Assembly (NCBI RefSeq): GCF_006345805.1
Contig: NC_042997.1
Coordinates: forward strand, 188,790,001-188,854,000
DNA length: 64,000 nt
From: Octopus sinensis
Lineage: Eukaryota
Direction of reading: 5' to 3'
Part shown: one piece after another, positions 51,285 to 64,000 of the stretch
Layout: every line of letters begins with the position of its first letter
How positions within the stretch are numbered: the stretch's first letter is position 1
Program-made: the position numbers and the translations under genes
The notes under the pieces: generated by a model
Told to the model about the DNA's origin: nothing
The model's database searches: none
The model's input: only the letters and a program-made list of their open reading frames with translations

Positions 51285-51625
51285 GCGCAGGAGTTGTGTG
51301 GTAAGTAACTTGCTTACCAACCACATGGTTCTGGGTTCAGTCCACTGCGTGGCATCTTGAGTAAGTGACTTCTACTATAACCGGGTTGACCAAAGCCTTG
51401 TGAGTGGATTTAGTAGACGGAAACTGAAAGAAGCCCGTCGTATATGTATGTGTGTGGCAACGGATGGTAGTGTGTTTACGTCCCCGTAACTTAGTGGTTC
51501 GGCAAAAAGACACCGATAGAATAAGTACTAGGTTTACAAAGAATAAGTCCTGGGGTCAATTTGTTCGACTAAAGGCGGTGCTCCAGCATGGCCACAGTCA
51601 AATGACTGAAACAAGTAAAAGAATA
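51282..51625 (+). mobile_element. SINE family A, young copy
   Basis: ggcgcaggagttgtgtggtaag...ggcggtgctccagcatggcc...tgactgaaacaagtaaaagaat. Confidence 0.9.
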
Positions 51626-51702
51626 TATGTGATATTCATATATGTAAATATATACCAATTCTTGTATATATGCATAATATATACAACTATTATATACATA
51701 GA

Positions 51703-51734
<32 letters not shown>

Positions 51735-51789
51735 CTTATATGCATATATATGTATATAAACATGTATTATATATATATATATATATCTT

Positions 51790-51912
51790 GAGTGGTTCCC
51801 ATTAAGAATGGATGTAGACACTGGAGCATGATGCAGACTCCTGGCCTGTTGGGTCTTTCAAACTGTCCAACCCATGCCAACATGGAACATGGACGTTAAA
51901 TGATGATGACGA
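51790..51912 (+). mobile_element. Retroposon family D/E tail fragment
   Basis: ctgtccaacccatgccaacatggaacatggacgttaaatgatgatgac. Confidence 0.7.
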
Positions 51913-54699
51913 TACACATATCTGCATGTATACACGCACACTTACATAAACAAAAGAATGGTGATAGCTGTATTTGATTAGTTATTTCGTGAACTGTCGA
52001 CAACATCTATAGGAAGAGTGTGTATAAAATTATTTATTACTCTGTAAAGTTTGAAGTATTGACTTTGAACTGAAACACTCTCCTGATCCTACAGACCACA
52101 GTAGATTAGCCGTTACTTTCCCTAAAATAGACATTCTCTGAAGTGGTTACCTGATCAATTAATTAATAACCAAGTAGGCTGCTGGGAACTGGTGGTTACC
52201 TCTCTCAGCCAGATTTATACATCTTAACTTCCCTATAATAACTTCGCCAAGTCTAACAATATAATTATAGTAATATGACCCAGTTTCTTTATTTCATTTG
52301 TTCTTTTTTTTTTCTTGTATGTATGTATGTTAATTATTTACAGAATACTCCTTAAACTATATCAATGGTGAGAAGAAAAAAGTCTAATACAACAACAAAA
52401 ACGACACTTCTTGTCTATTTGAATAAATTAAAATATAACAGCTTAGTGGGAAATTAGGAAACTATATCTGCATTCACCTAAAAGAAAAATCAATAACTGT
52501 CAAACATCTAGACCAATATCGTATCTGTGATTAAAAATTTAACTGGAACAATAAATAATTCATCTTACATAGAAATAACACAAGTAAACAGCTTTATGCT
52601 AGTTTTTGAAAGTTTTAAAGAACAACAAACTAAGATTTCAGAAAAAACACATTATCAACGAGAATATAAATTATTGATTCCTTGTCGCCAGGCGCAATGT
52701 CAATTTTCTTAGGGACAGAAATTATAATTGACTGAACTGACAGTATATTATTGATACTTATTTTATCAAATCTGAACACTCAGATCAATGAGGTACTAAA
52801 TAAACCAAACGCAGTAAGGTGTCGAGACCAATATGTTATTGTCTCTTACCACCTCTAAACAAACCCTATTGCAAACGAACGGGTTGTAAATTCTTCAATT
52901 AAAGAAAATCATTACTGAAAATAATAAGAAAAAAAAATGATATAGAATCAATTTGTTTGATTAACCGTTTTAAACACATCATTCTTATTAACTGGCTTAA
53001 CAAGTCAACTGAGAAGTTGAATGGCAAGAGGTAATACAAGCAATATCAACTGATAGCTGAGAGATCAATAAATCTACTACATAGGTTGTCAATGTCAATC
53101 TATCCTAAGTAGATAAATAGAATCATAACTGTGAGTTTACTCCACATAAATAAATATATTGTAGCCAGGCATAAATAACAGAAACGAGTGACAAAATAAA
53201 AGAGAAATATAAATTTGGTTATCAGCAGTAGATGTCACAGAATATAATTGGGTATATATTTTGTGCGTATGTGTGTGTATAATCAGATTGATTAAGAAAA
53301 CAGTGATCAGTTGAGTGCTGTCAATATACTTAGATCTGGCTAACATTTAATAAGATAAGTAGCCAGAAAACTACTAGTTTCCGCAAAATAATAATAATAA
53401 ATAAACAAATAAATGAATAAGCTCAGCATCACAAAACACACTAATTTGCCTTTATAAATGCCGCGCTTTTGTTCAAATAAAGACTGAAGCCAATTCGTAG
53501 CATTTGTGTCAAATGCAGTGCAGGTTAGATTTTATGTATATTGACATAACGTAAACACTTTCACACAGAGAGAGAAAAAAAGGCATAACAAATGTGGTGC
53601 ATGGTTGGTAGTTTACGAATTTATATAGAAAAAAATACTCTTCAAACATATCTCTGAAATATCATTTTAAACTAGATGAACGATAATCATCGTAAACGCC
53701 TTCACTGGTTTAAAGTGTATATAAATAATATAAGTCTTTAGCTTTCACAAAATACATACTATTTAATGCAAATAAGCTAGTATTTTCGGGAAAGCTAGTA
53801 TTTTCAAGAAAATTATTACAGGAATTTGTAAAACGTATATTTTTTAATGATAATCATAGTATCAAAGATGTTATTATAGTGACATATTATAATAGCACCT
53901 CCGAACAAAATCGTTTACAAAAAAATGTTCAGTTTTCTTAATACATGAACAGAAAACAGAATTCTTCATCTGTTTGTAGTATAAAATTCTGATGTGAAAT
54001 TAAACTTTTTCGTAGCGTGTTCATAAACTTTCTAGGTTTTCATTACATTTGAAATATATTTTCAAAACAAGTGATGACACGAGTAACAGAGCGGACAAAA
54101 CGAAAGTGAATAAAAAAAGTGAGTGGAGGTACCACAATATAAGAAAGGTTGAATCCATAACTAAAACGGTAGGCATCAAGCTTTATTGACAATTACAGAG
54201 CTAAAATCATTCACAGAAAAGGTTTTCCTTCATGCAATACTTGTTCTACGAAACAGAATGCTTAGCATAAGTTTAACCGGCACTTACAAGAAACTGGATT
54301 GAACCTCATTCCTCTGAGTATAAGAGGCACTTTTGGATGACAAAATATCTGTCCGGTTATTATAGTAACCGAATTTTTAAGGTAATGAGGGAGAATAAGA
54401 TTAGCTTGCTTGTCTTGAATCTTAACAGTTTGAGTTAAAGCTGACAAAATCCATTCTAAAAGACAACAATATTTGCCACTTCATTAGATTTTCAGGAATT
54501 ATAAATGTGCATAAAAACGATACCCAATCAAATGAACTTTATGCAAAGGTGTATGTATGTATGTATATATATATATATATATATATACTTGCATGTATGC
54601 ATATATATACTCCTTCCCTATATATATATATATATTATATATATATATATACACCCATATATCGATATCCATAGACTCTCTCTCTCTCTGTCTCTCCCG

Positions 54700-54746
<47 letters not shown>

Positions 54747-55002
54747 TTATAATAATATTAGGGAGTATATATATATATTATATGTACACATACCCATTTA
54801 CATACTTGTATATACGTGAAAAGGAAACGAACCTGTATGTGTGTATATATATGTGTGTGTGCAGACATATACATACGTTCATAAATGTAATTATATATAC
54901 ATATTTAATACCCATATATTCGCACGCACATACCCACATATGCATACATAAATATATATATATATACACACACATACCCACATAATTATCATACAATCAT
55001 AT

Positions 55003-55077
<75 letters not shown>

Positions 55078-56277
55078 CATATATATATATGTATGTATGT
55101 ATAATGCATTCCCCCTAATATCCTAGCTAAGATAATGATAATGATTAGCATGAAATGAGCAGTTCTGATTTATAAGAGACCCATGGAATTAATTATATTA
55201 GCGACTCAAATGAAGAGTCACTGCTGTCAATATGAAAAAGGGATCGGAATACAACAATAATATGGGAAAGTGTAACTGAAATATTAAAGCTAACATTTAT
55301 TTCATTTATCGATGAAAGGCGCGAAAATAAATGATGAAATGTAATTTGTCTGGTATTTTTTATAAACACGGTATTTTTTGCGGTTGCAAGGTATATAATA
55401 AATAATAATAATAATAGTAATAATACGGGAATTTTTATGTCAAGCAATATAAAAACATCTGACAATAGGAGTTGTGATCTGTAGAGGAGAAGAAAAAAAA
55501 GTGGATCGTTATTGTTTGTCCTGGTCTTAAATCATAAAAGAGTAAATACAGGAAGGTATCCCACGGAAACAGTAAATAAAATTTGGATAGAAGTTTTTCG
55601 GGTGTGTTTGTCCCGCCATCAATAAACATGAGAAAGGGAAGAGGCCGTTTTAAAGAAGGGATGATGATGATAAATGATGATAAATGATGGTGATAATAAT
55701 AATAACAGTTATCGTAATATGATAAGAACAGTTATGATAATAATAATAATAATAATAATGATATAATAAAGATGATGGTAATGATGGTGATGATGATGAT
55801 AAAAATTAATAGCAGTAATGATATATATATAAAGACGGTGATGATAATAATATATCTATTTAAGGGAGCAGACAGAAAAAAAAGGTCTCAGTGAAAACTG
55901 TCAGCGATGGGGACATTGAAGAGGCTAAAACGATTTAGTAGACACGATTTAATAAGAAGATAGGATCGTTATGTATGTATGTATGTATGTATGTATATAT
56001 AAAAAAAAGATAACACAAAAGTATGGATCCCGATGATAGCTGAACAACAATCTAAAACGACTTTATTGTTAGCAAGGGAAATGATATGATGAAGGGCACA
56101 AGTCCATATATACATATATATATATGTGTATATATATATATGTGTGTATATATATATATATGTGTATATATGTGTGGTATTATTTTTTGAGATCATCATC
56201 ATCATCATTTGTTTAAAAGCATTTTTTTAAAAATCATCAACAAAGCGAAATAATTTTTCTTTAAAAAAACAACTCAC

Positions 56278-56830
56278 CAATTTGTTGCAAATTTCAGAAA
56301 TCTCTTCTTTCTAGGTTTATTATTATTATAATATTTTTTTATTATTATTATTCCTAGGCAACACAACACATTGACCAGAATCCAAAACTGTTATTTGTAA
56401 AAACTCCGGTGTGGAAAATTACTCACTGCTTTTAAAAAGCCAGAAGATATATATATATGTATGTATGTGTATATATATATACTATGAAGGGAAAAAAAAG
56501 CTGTTCAGGTTTAAAACCCTAAAAGATTTATCCGGCATTTAAACTCCGTTATATTATATTTTTCAGAACTGTTCCACATCCATCGTCCAATTCACAGTCA
56601 ATTTTTGTTTTGTTTTTATTTTGTGCTTTTTTTCCTCTCTCTCTCTCTCACTCTGTCTCTTTTTCTTTCTTTCTCTCTCACTCTCTTTGTATCTCTCTCT
56701 CTCGCTCTCTCTCTTTCCCCCCGACGAAGCTAATTAAGTAAACCAGCAGCAGAAGAAGAAGCAGTCAATAGCAACCATTATTATTATATTACCAGCGTTC
56801 GACAATTTAGTACTCTTCTTACGGGTTTTC
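56278..56830 (-). other. Candidate first (5' UTR or lncRNA) exon of a minus-strand transcript; TSS approximate
   Basis: Consensus donor ttg|gtgagt at 56278/56277; unique CpG-retaining sequence with a (GA)n leader; only short uORFs (MDVEQF*, MPDKSFRVLNLNSFFFPS*). Confidence 0.5.
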
Positions 56831-57610
56831 AGTTGACGTGAAACAATAACACGCGTTCGGAAATGAATGAACGAATAGAGGGAATAGAGAAAACCTGTTC
56901 GAAATGAATAAACGAATAAATGAATAAACTGAGGGAATAAATTTTTTTTTGTCTGTTATTGTCGATTGTTTTCCGTTTTTTTTTTTTTCCTCCTGATTAT
57001 TTTTTAACTAAGAAAGAATACACGAATAAGAGATCTACCGAACGAGTTGCAGTGGATGACGAAAAATAGAGAAAGACAGAGCGGGATAAAGAGATGAGAA
57101 GAAAGAGAAGAGAATATATGAGAATGAAGAGACAAAAAGAGTGAAGGAGCGGGAGTTGTGAGTAAGAAAAAGAGGGTTGACAGTAACAGTGAGTAAGAGG
57201 AAGACAATTGAAAAATGAGGGGGTGAGAAGGTTGTGCATAAGAAAGGACAGGTTAAAAACGAACGAGAGAGGGGTGAGTTATTCGAGAGTAATGATTTAG
57301 AATGAGAGTTACGGAGAGAGAGCTGCGAGTGATGATGAGTGAGAGAGAGAGACGTAATTGTAAAGGAAGAGGAGGGTCAAGAATAGACGGAGAAAGTGTT
57401 GAGTTAAAAAAGGGAGGGAGCTGAGAGAGAAAAAAGAGGATTATGAATAAATAAGAGAGGGTTAAAAGTTAAACAGAGAGGAGCATAAAAGTAAGAGAGG
57501 AAGTAGTGAATGGCGGCCTCTGTTGACTGCTGCGGTCTCAGCTGAAATATATCACAGCTTCTAATGATAGTCGTCGCACTATGACTTACTGAGAACTACA
57601 CACGCACAAG
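56630..57610. promoter_or_regulatory. Putative promoter region, possibly bidirectional
   Basis: TE-free and CpG-retaining; CRE-like TGACGTGA (~56834), ACGCGT (~56851), GAGA tracts of opposite polarity on the two sides, YY1-like AATGGCGGC at 57509-57517. Confidence 0.5.
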
Positions 57611-58210
57611 GCTATATCCATCTACTAATTCAGTCATAGGCTTTTCTCTCTTTTTGTGTGTTCAAATGTTTTTTTCATAGTCTTTAAGTAAACATAAGTT
57701 TATTGAGAGACTGACCGCACACAATTTAGTCGTTTTTTTTCTTCCTTCTCATATTTTCATAATCCTTTCTCTTGGAAAATATTTGACTACAGATAATTAC
57801 ATAGTTTATAAAGAAAAAAATATTATACTTGGTTGAACAAGCCTTAATTCATTTAAATTAAAAGCAAATGACAATGAATTTTTTGCCACAAGGACAAAAT
57901 AATAGCAATAATAAAATAATATACAACCTTTTTTTTGAAAAAAAAGTTGTAAGATAGTATTTCATACTTTCAAATCTATTCTTTTAGCATTATTAATTAT
58001 CCCTATGCCATCATTTTTTTAATTAGTTTTAATTGGAAGAAGCAAAAACTGATTTTTGTTTATTTATTTATTTATATTTGTTACAGTGATAATAATTATT
58101 TAAAGTCTAGATTTAATTATTAGTTTCATTTCATGGTCGAAATTAGCAACTTAATTTACTCTGCTTATATTTTTCACAATACACACTCCTTTAATATACA
58201 CATAAGCGCT

Positions 58211-58253
<43 letters not shown>

Positions 58254-58382
58254 ATATAAAGATAATTAGCATCCAGTAATTGGTTCTTTTATGAATGTAT
58301 TTTTTGTTAGTTATTTGTTTTTTCTCGAAAAGCTTTCATTTATAATTATTATCATTATTATATTTGTATTATATAAATATAA

Positions 58383-58413
<31 letters not shown>

Positions 58414-59308
58414 CAGTCGCTTTGAGAACTGCCAAGCAAGCTTGCTACTTGCTATATTTCGTTGTTGCTGCTGCTGTTTGACTGAGGCCAATTAAACTTA
58501 CTAGAAAGCCATCAAGCCGTCAAATAGAATGAGATGGAAATTAAAGAAAAAATAAAAAATAGAAAAATATATCTCAGAAGTGGCGGCTTTGTTACTTCAA
58601 ACAAGAAACATTTGAATGACACACACTCACATCCATCTATCTCTCTAAAACATAGGCACTGAATGATACACACACACATACATACTCACACACAAACATA
58701 TATATACATATATCTTTCAGCTTTTACTTGTTCCAGGCCTTAGTCTGTGGCCAAGCTGGGGCACCGCCTACACGAACGCAGATATCTTAGCGTACATAAA
58801 CATGCAGAGATGTGCCGCACTCGCCCGTATAGAACATACGTATTAATCGAGGCACTCACGAAAGACACACAAAAAGGGAATACATATACACACTCATATA
58901 AACAAGGCTGCAGCAAACACACACACATAGAATCTAAACAACACCTCGATAAGACGGACGAACGAACACACACACACACATGTAATCATACACAAACACA
59001 TTCATCGGCAATATATATACACGCGTATGTATGTATGTGCGTGTGTGTATATATATATATATGAGAGAGAGAGAGATGATTCTAGACAATCATCTACATC
59101 ACACACAAAGAAAAAATTTAAACTATTCTTCCAAATATTTCGTCCAAACTAGACTGTTTTATCTCTGATTATTTTAATCTTGTTTCAATTCATCTTTTCT
59201 GTTTCTTTTCTTTTAGTCATCTATATTCGCTCATTTGTTTATATATTTATTTTATATATATCCTATGTGTGTGTGTGTGCATGTATATATATATATGTAT
59301 GTGTGTGC

Positions 59309-59356
<48 letters not shown>

Positions 59357-60599
59357 TTGTGTGTGCGTGTATAAATGTAATGTATATGTGTGCACATGTA
59401 TGTGTGTGTATGTTTATATAGATATATATATATGCGTGTGTGTATGTATGTATATATATATATATAATTATTATTATTAAGTCAAAAGATCTGATCTGAT
59501 GATTTTCGTGAAGATTCCTCCTACTCTTTCCTATTTCACGTCTTACTGTTTCCTCCTCCTCTTCCTCCTACTCCCACTATCACTGCCACCGCTTCGCCGC
59601 CTCCACTTTGCTCGCCGCCACCCGAAAACTAGGAAGAAAAGAAAGAAAAAATAGATTAACAGAAGAAATCAGTTTTGAGTATGTTTATCAGATAACAGGA
59701 TGGGATTTTTGTTATCGGAGAAGGAGAGAGAAAAAGAGTGAGAGCCTGGGTGGTAGAGTGGTATATAGAGTGATATAGAGAGCTATTGCCTGCTTTAAAG
59801 ACGTAATAGTAGTTGGGTTGAGATGATGTCTTGTTGGTGGTTGGTTGGTGCGCGCCTCTTCTTGGCAAAGGCTCGGCCAAGTCACGAGAAAGAAATTAAC
59901 AGAAACCAAAAGCATCTCTTTCTCTTCGATTATTATTATTATTATTATAAAGTTTTTACCTCATTCCAGTATGCATTCGTTTCAATTATGTGTCTATGTG
60001 CGTGCGTGTGTGTGTGTGCATGATTGTTAAGGGTGGGGGTATATCTGTGCCGTATATATGTGTGTACGAGAAAATGCAAAACACGCACACACAGACACAA
60101 TATACACAGCTATCAAGAAAGTTGAGTTTATTTAGTAAGATAATACATTGTATAGAAAGATATATATGTATACAGATATATATCTATATTGTGTATGTGT
60201 GTGTGTCTATAGATACAAGTATTGATACACACGAAGTACGGAGGTTTAAGCCAGCTATAGATAGATTCATACATACATTCATGGATACATAGATGTAGAT
60301 ATTTAATACAGTACATATTTATAGACATTGCAGAGTGTGTACATTCTTAAATAGGTTATATGTACTGTAAATGCATGAGAGAGAGAGGAAGTTATATTCA
60401 TAAATAGACTGTGTACAGTGAATAGGTACATACCTAAGAGACTATATATATATGTATGTACATATATATGTGTGTATGAATAGACGCGCTTATATATATA
60501 TATACGGTAAATTTATATCGTATATAGACGCATACTCACATACGTAGATACACACACAAATATGTATATATATGTATGCATATATATGTGTATATATAT

Positions 60600-60646
<47 letters not shown>

Positions 60647-61104
60647 GCTTTCGTTATACAATAACAATGAATAAAACTAAATTTGTCTATAGAAAGATAT
60701 ACAGATTATATATATATACATACATATATATGAGAGAGAGAGAGAGAAAATAATATATGAATATTAAATATATATTATATGTATATTCAATTGTCTGCGC
60801 GCGTGTGTAATCCGTGTCGTTAAAGTAGGCATAAATTCGCATCATTAATGTTGATTTTTCACGTTAAATATTCATGATTTCAAATTGACTGGTGTTTTGG
60901 TACACAACAACTAATGAAAAATTTTAATTATTATTTACCCCTCCTATCTAATGTCTGACATTTTAATAGCGTTTGTTTAATTATGACAATTAACTAGAGG
61001 TGAGGAAATCGTGTGTATTGCCAACTTATTAAAATAACTACTTTAAAAAAAATCTAGTAGTTCCTAACTAATTAACCCTTTTAATTGTTTTATTATAATT
61101 AAAG

Positions 61105-61310
61105 AGCGGTGGCGTTGGCTACGACAGTAGACAGCCGGAATAAATATAATCAAGTATTTTGCTTTTTAACCCACTACCTTCCGTGTTCGAATCCTGCTTG
61201 GTGTAGGATTTCTTTTCCTCACACCCAATTCAATAAAGTAAGTACCAGTTATATTTTGGTATCGAATCAATCGACCACACTCCTACATAAGTTGGCCTCG
61301 TACCTAGTCG
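61105..61310 (+). mobile_element. Highly diverged SINE family B-like relic
   Basis: gcggtggcgttggc head, gttcgaatcc B box, caataaagtaagtaccagtt core end. Confidence 0.5.
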
Positions 61311-61332
61311 AAAAGAAATCAGTGTTATGGGT

Positions 61333-61461
61333 CAGTAGTGTTGGTGCGTTACTAGCGACTGGTGCAAGACCGCGCGGCTCTATTATTACTACTTTTTTTC
61401 CCCTTTGAAATTTTGCGCTTTGGGCAACTGCTCCTGTGACCCCGCCTACGCTATACTACTA
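61333..61461. mobile_element. Possible short MITE relic
   Basis: GC-richer block bounded by cagtagtgt ... gctatactact inverted ends. Confidence 0.35.
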
Positions 61462-62451
61462 TTAAAAGTTTGCAGGTCTTTCTTTTCTCCTGGATAAACA
61501 AAAGAAAAAGGTGGAGAGTTAAAAGAAATCAAGAATACCGGTCTTTGTTACTGTTTCAAATTCTCTCAGCATCGATTTTTTTTTCATGAACTTCGGTCAT
61601 TTTCATCCGATCAACAAAAAGTCAAAATTATTAAAAACTAAAAATTCATGGATTTTTAAGAAACAAAAGTGGTGAGAGAAAAACTACACTTCTACATATC
61701 GAGATCTGATCGAATAGACCTCTAAATGAAAGAAACTGCAGCCGCCGTAACCATCCCTTCTTATGGTTATATAAAACTAGATTATCTAAAATACGCTTTC
61801 TTAATTAAGGATGATTGAGAGTGATATGTGGGAGATTTGGCTGCTATTTCTAACAGACAAATCATTACGTAAGCTGTCCCTTGTGGATTTAGAAAGCTGT
61901 TGTTTTTCAGTTGTCATTGATCTTAATCACTGTGTGTGATATAAGCTTGAATGGTGGGGGAACAAGAGGCGCGGTTACGTAATTCATGCAAATAGATATA
62001 CATCTAAGTACTCTTAAACACTTTTTTTCTATGTTATACGCTTATTAATAGGAATGCATTTACAACTATGCCCTTCGCATAGATTACACGCATTAATGTC
62101 TTGTAAGAGAGCGCAAGCACCATAATTTACGGAAGTTAAACTCCTGTCGAAAAATGTTCAACGCTGAAGTTGATAAGATGCCAAACAACTATCTGAGAAA
62201 TCTGTAGTTTCTATCATCCCTCAAATGTCAGTTCTCCTACTCTACAAGTAGGTACTATAAGATTGTATAATTCGTTGCACTATAATTCATTAATTTACAT
62301 CGAGTCCAGTTCTTCCCATCAGAGAAGTCACGGGCAATAGATGAGTATTATATCGAAGACGTTTGTCTCGTCCAATTAACCCAAGAAAGTTTTAAGTTGT
62401 GATTCAGTGAATTACACCAGTCCATAAAGGTTTCTTGTACTTTTTTCTTAT

Positions 62452-62530
62452 TGTATTTTCCAGCATACGAGTCGAATTTTTCAGACCAAAATTTACGGCC
62501 ACAAATGGTAGGTCGACTTATACACCAAGG
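62452..62530 (+). mobile_element. Tc2/pogo-like DNA transposon left end
   Basis: gtattttccagcatacgagtcga...ggtcgacttatacac: the terminal motif plus the internal inverted GTCGACTTATA typical of these ends. Confidence 0.5.
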
Positions 62531-63076
62531 CACCTTCGGGGGTCTTGGAAAGGCAGTGATTGTTTGAATGTTTACACTTTCTTGATTTGTATGCCAGAAA
62601 ATACGGTAATCATTCCCGCTAAGCCAAAACAATAACTCATTTTCAATTCCAAAAGCATAAAGGCCATTGCATCCTTTCCTCTTTGCTTTATCTCAAGTCA
62701 GTAAGAGTGATCATTTGTCAATGTATGACTATCTCAAAGTACAAAAGATCAAGCATTTAATTCAGTTTACTGTGTTGTGAAGCTTATAGTTATATATGTC
62801 TATATTCCAATGTGTGGTTACATAGATATACACATACAATCTGTCTGTAGTCAGTGTTTAGTAGTGAGTGATACAACAGCTATAGATATGGCGGTTTGCA
62901 GAACAGTTCTTATGGAATTTCTTTGCAAACTCAGATTATAAAATATTAAAATTTTCCAAATTGTTCAATGTTCTTGAGATTGGATGGTGTTGTTCACATA
63001 ACTGGATTGTTATCATTAAACAATGTGGCATGAATAAATCTAATAAATGTTTATGTGTGTGTGTGTATGTATATAA

Positions 63077-63352
63077 TCATCATCATCATCATCATTTAAC
63101 GTCCGTTTTCCATGCTAGCATGGGTTGGATGGTTCGACCAGGGTCTGGGAAGCCAGGAGGCTGCACCAGGCTCCAGTCTGATCTGGCAGTGTTTCTACAG
63201 CTGGATGCCCTTCCTAACACCAACCACTCCATGAGTGTAGTGGGTGCTTTTTACATGCCACCAGCACAGGTGCCAGGGGAGGCAGGTAACGGCCATGATC
63301 GGTTGGTGCTTTTTACGTGCCACCAGCATGGAAGCCAGTCAAGGCGGCGCTG
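63077..63352 (-). mobile_element. Retroposon family D, 3' end
   Basis: (cat)n tttaacgtccgttttccatgctagcatgggttgg...; colinear with 44232-44490. Confidence 0.88.
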
Positions 63353-63584
63353 ACATATATATATATAGAGAGAGAGAGAGAGGAAAGAGGCACATGTTTT
63401 TTTAAAAATGAAGGAAATCTAAAACACAAGAGAATAGCTGTAAAAATAGCTTAGGAAAAAGTGGCTAGCAAGCCACTGCAGAGAAATGAGCTCTGTACCT
63501 CCCAAATTCTAGTCATTATATTGGCAACTAAAGTGAGATCGCAGCCACACATGTCTGGCTCTGTTAAGAATACCCCTGATGCAT

Positions 63585-64000
63585 TGGCAATATGATATGC
63601 TTGAGAAGACCTACTGAGTCAAGTAAAACCAATATCGTTGCTGGGGCTGGGGCTGGGCCCCTGACTGGCTCCTGTGTTGGTGGCACATAAAAAGTACCAT
63701 CCGAATGTGGGCAATGCCAGGTCTGCCTGACTGGCTCTCATGCCAATGGTAAGTAAAAAGCACCAACCAGACTGGCTCCCATGCCGGTGGCATGTAATAA
63801 ACATGATCTGAACGTGGTCAATGCCAGGTCCGCCTGACTGGCTCCCATGCTGGTGACATGTAAAAAACACCAACCGATCGTGACTGATGCCAGTATCCCC
63901 TGACTGGCTCCTGTGCTGGTGGCACAAAAAATGCACCATCCAAATGTGATCGTTGCCTGACCTGTGCTGGTGGCATGTAAAAAGCACCCATTACACTCTT
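63585..64000 (+). mobile_element. Retroposon family D body with a ~66-bp tandem array, running off the window
   Basis: Repeated cctgactggctcc(c/t)(a/g)tgc..gtggca.gtaaaaa.cacca units at 63659-63990; the reverse complement of the motif in 63240-63352. Confidence 0.85.

Noticed and set aside
57510-57545. ATGGCGGCC as the start codon of a plus-strand gene
   Set aside because: The ORF closes after 11 codons with no donor site; kept only as a YY1-like motif.
63659-63990. Regularly spaced repeats resembling a CRISPR array
   Set aside because: Whole units are homologous with no unique spacers, there are no cas genes, and the context is a eukaryotic retroposon.

Overview
AT-rich, repeat-dense eukaryotic DNA, most likely a coleoid cephalopod (Octopus), judged from its tRNA-derived SINE families and abundant (TA)n/(CA)n/(TATG)n microsatellites. 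I found no intact protein-coding gene; the ORF track is almost entirely microsatellite translations or decayed transposon fragments. The best host-gene reading is a CpG-retaining, possibly bidirectional promoter at about 56.6-57.6 kb that drives a minus-strand transcript. Its visible candidate exons (56278-~56830, 40001-40084, 31849-31931, and one starting at 21398) look non-coding and are separated by very long introns. The rest is mobile DNA: several SINE families, RTE, R4/NeSL-like, HERO and Jockey/CR1-like LINE fragments, a Tigger relic, Tc1/mariner relics, hAT, piggyBac-type and mariner MITEs, and Helitron-like elements. Top observations: (1) a complete minimal type I hammerhead ribozyme motif with a U3:A8 compensatory core at 30391-30438, plus degenerate relatives; (2) a 122-nt hairpin at 46004-46125; (3) a perfectly identical inverted templated insertion at 17425-17525 copied from 18125-18195; (4) a young SINE with a 16-bp TSD and a swapped 3' tail; (5) a PHD finger inside an RT domain. 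Everything was read by eye. Boundaries of degenerate repeats are approximate and no database search was run.
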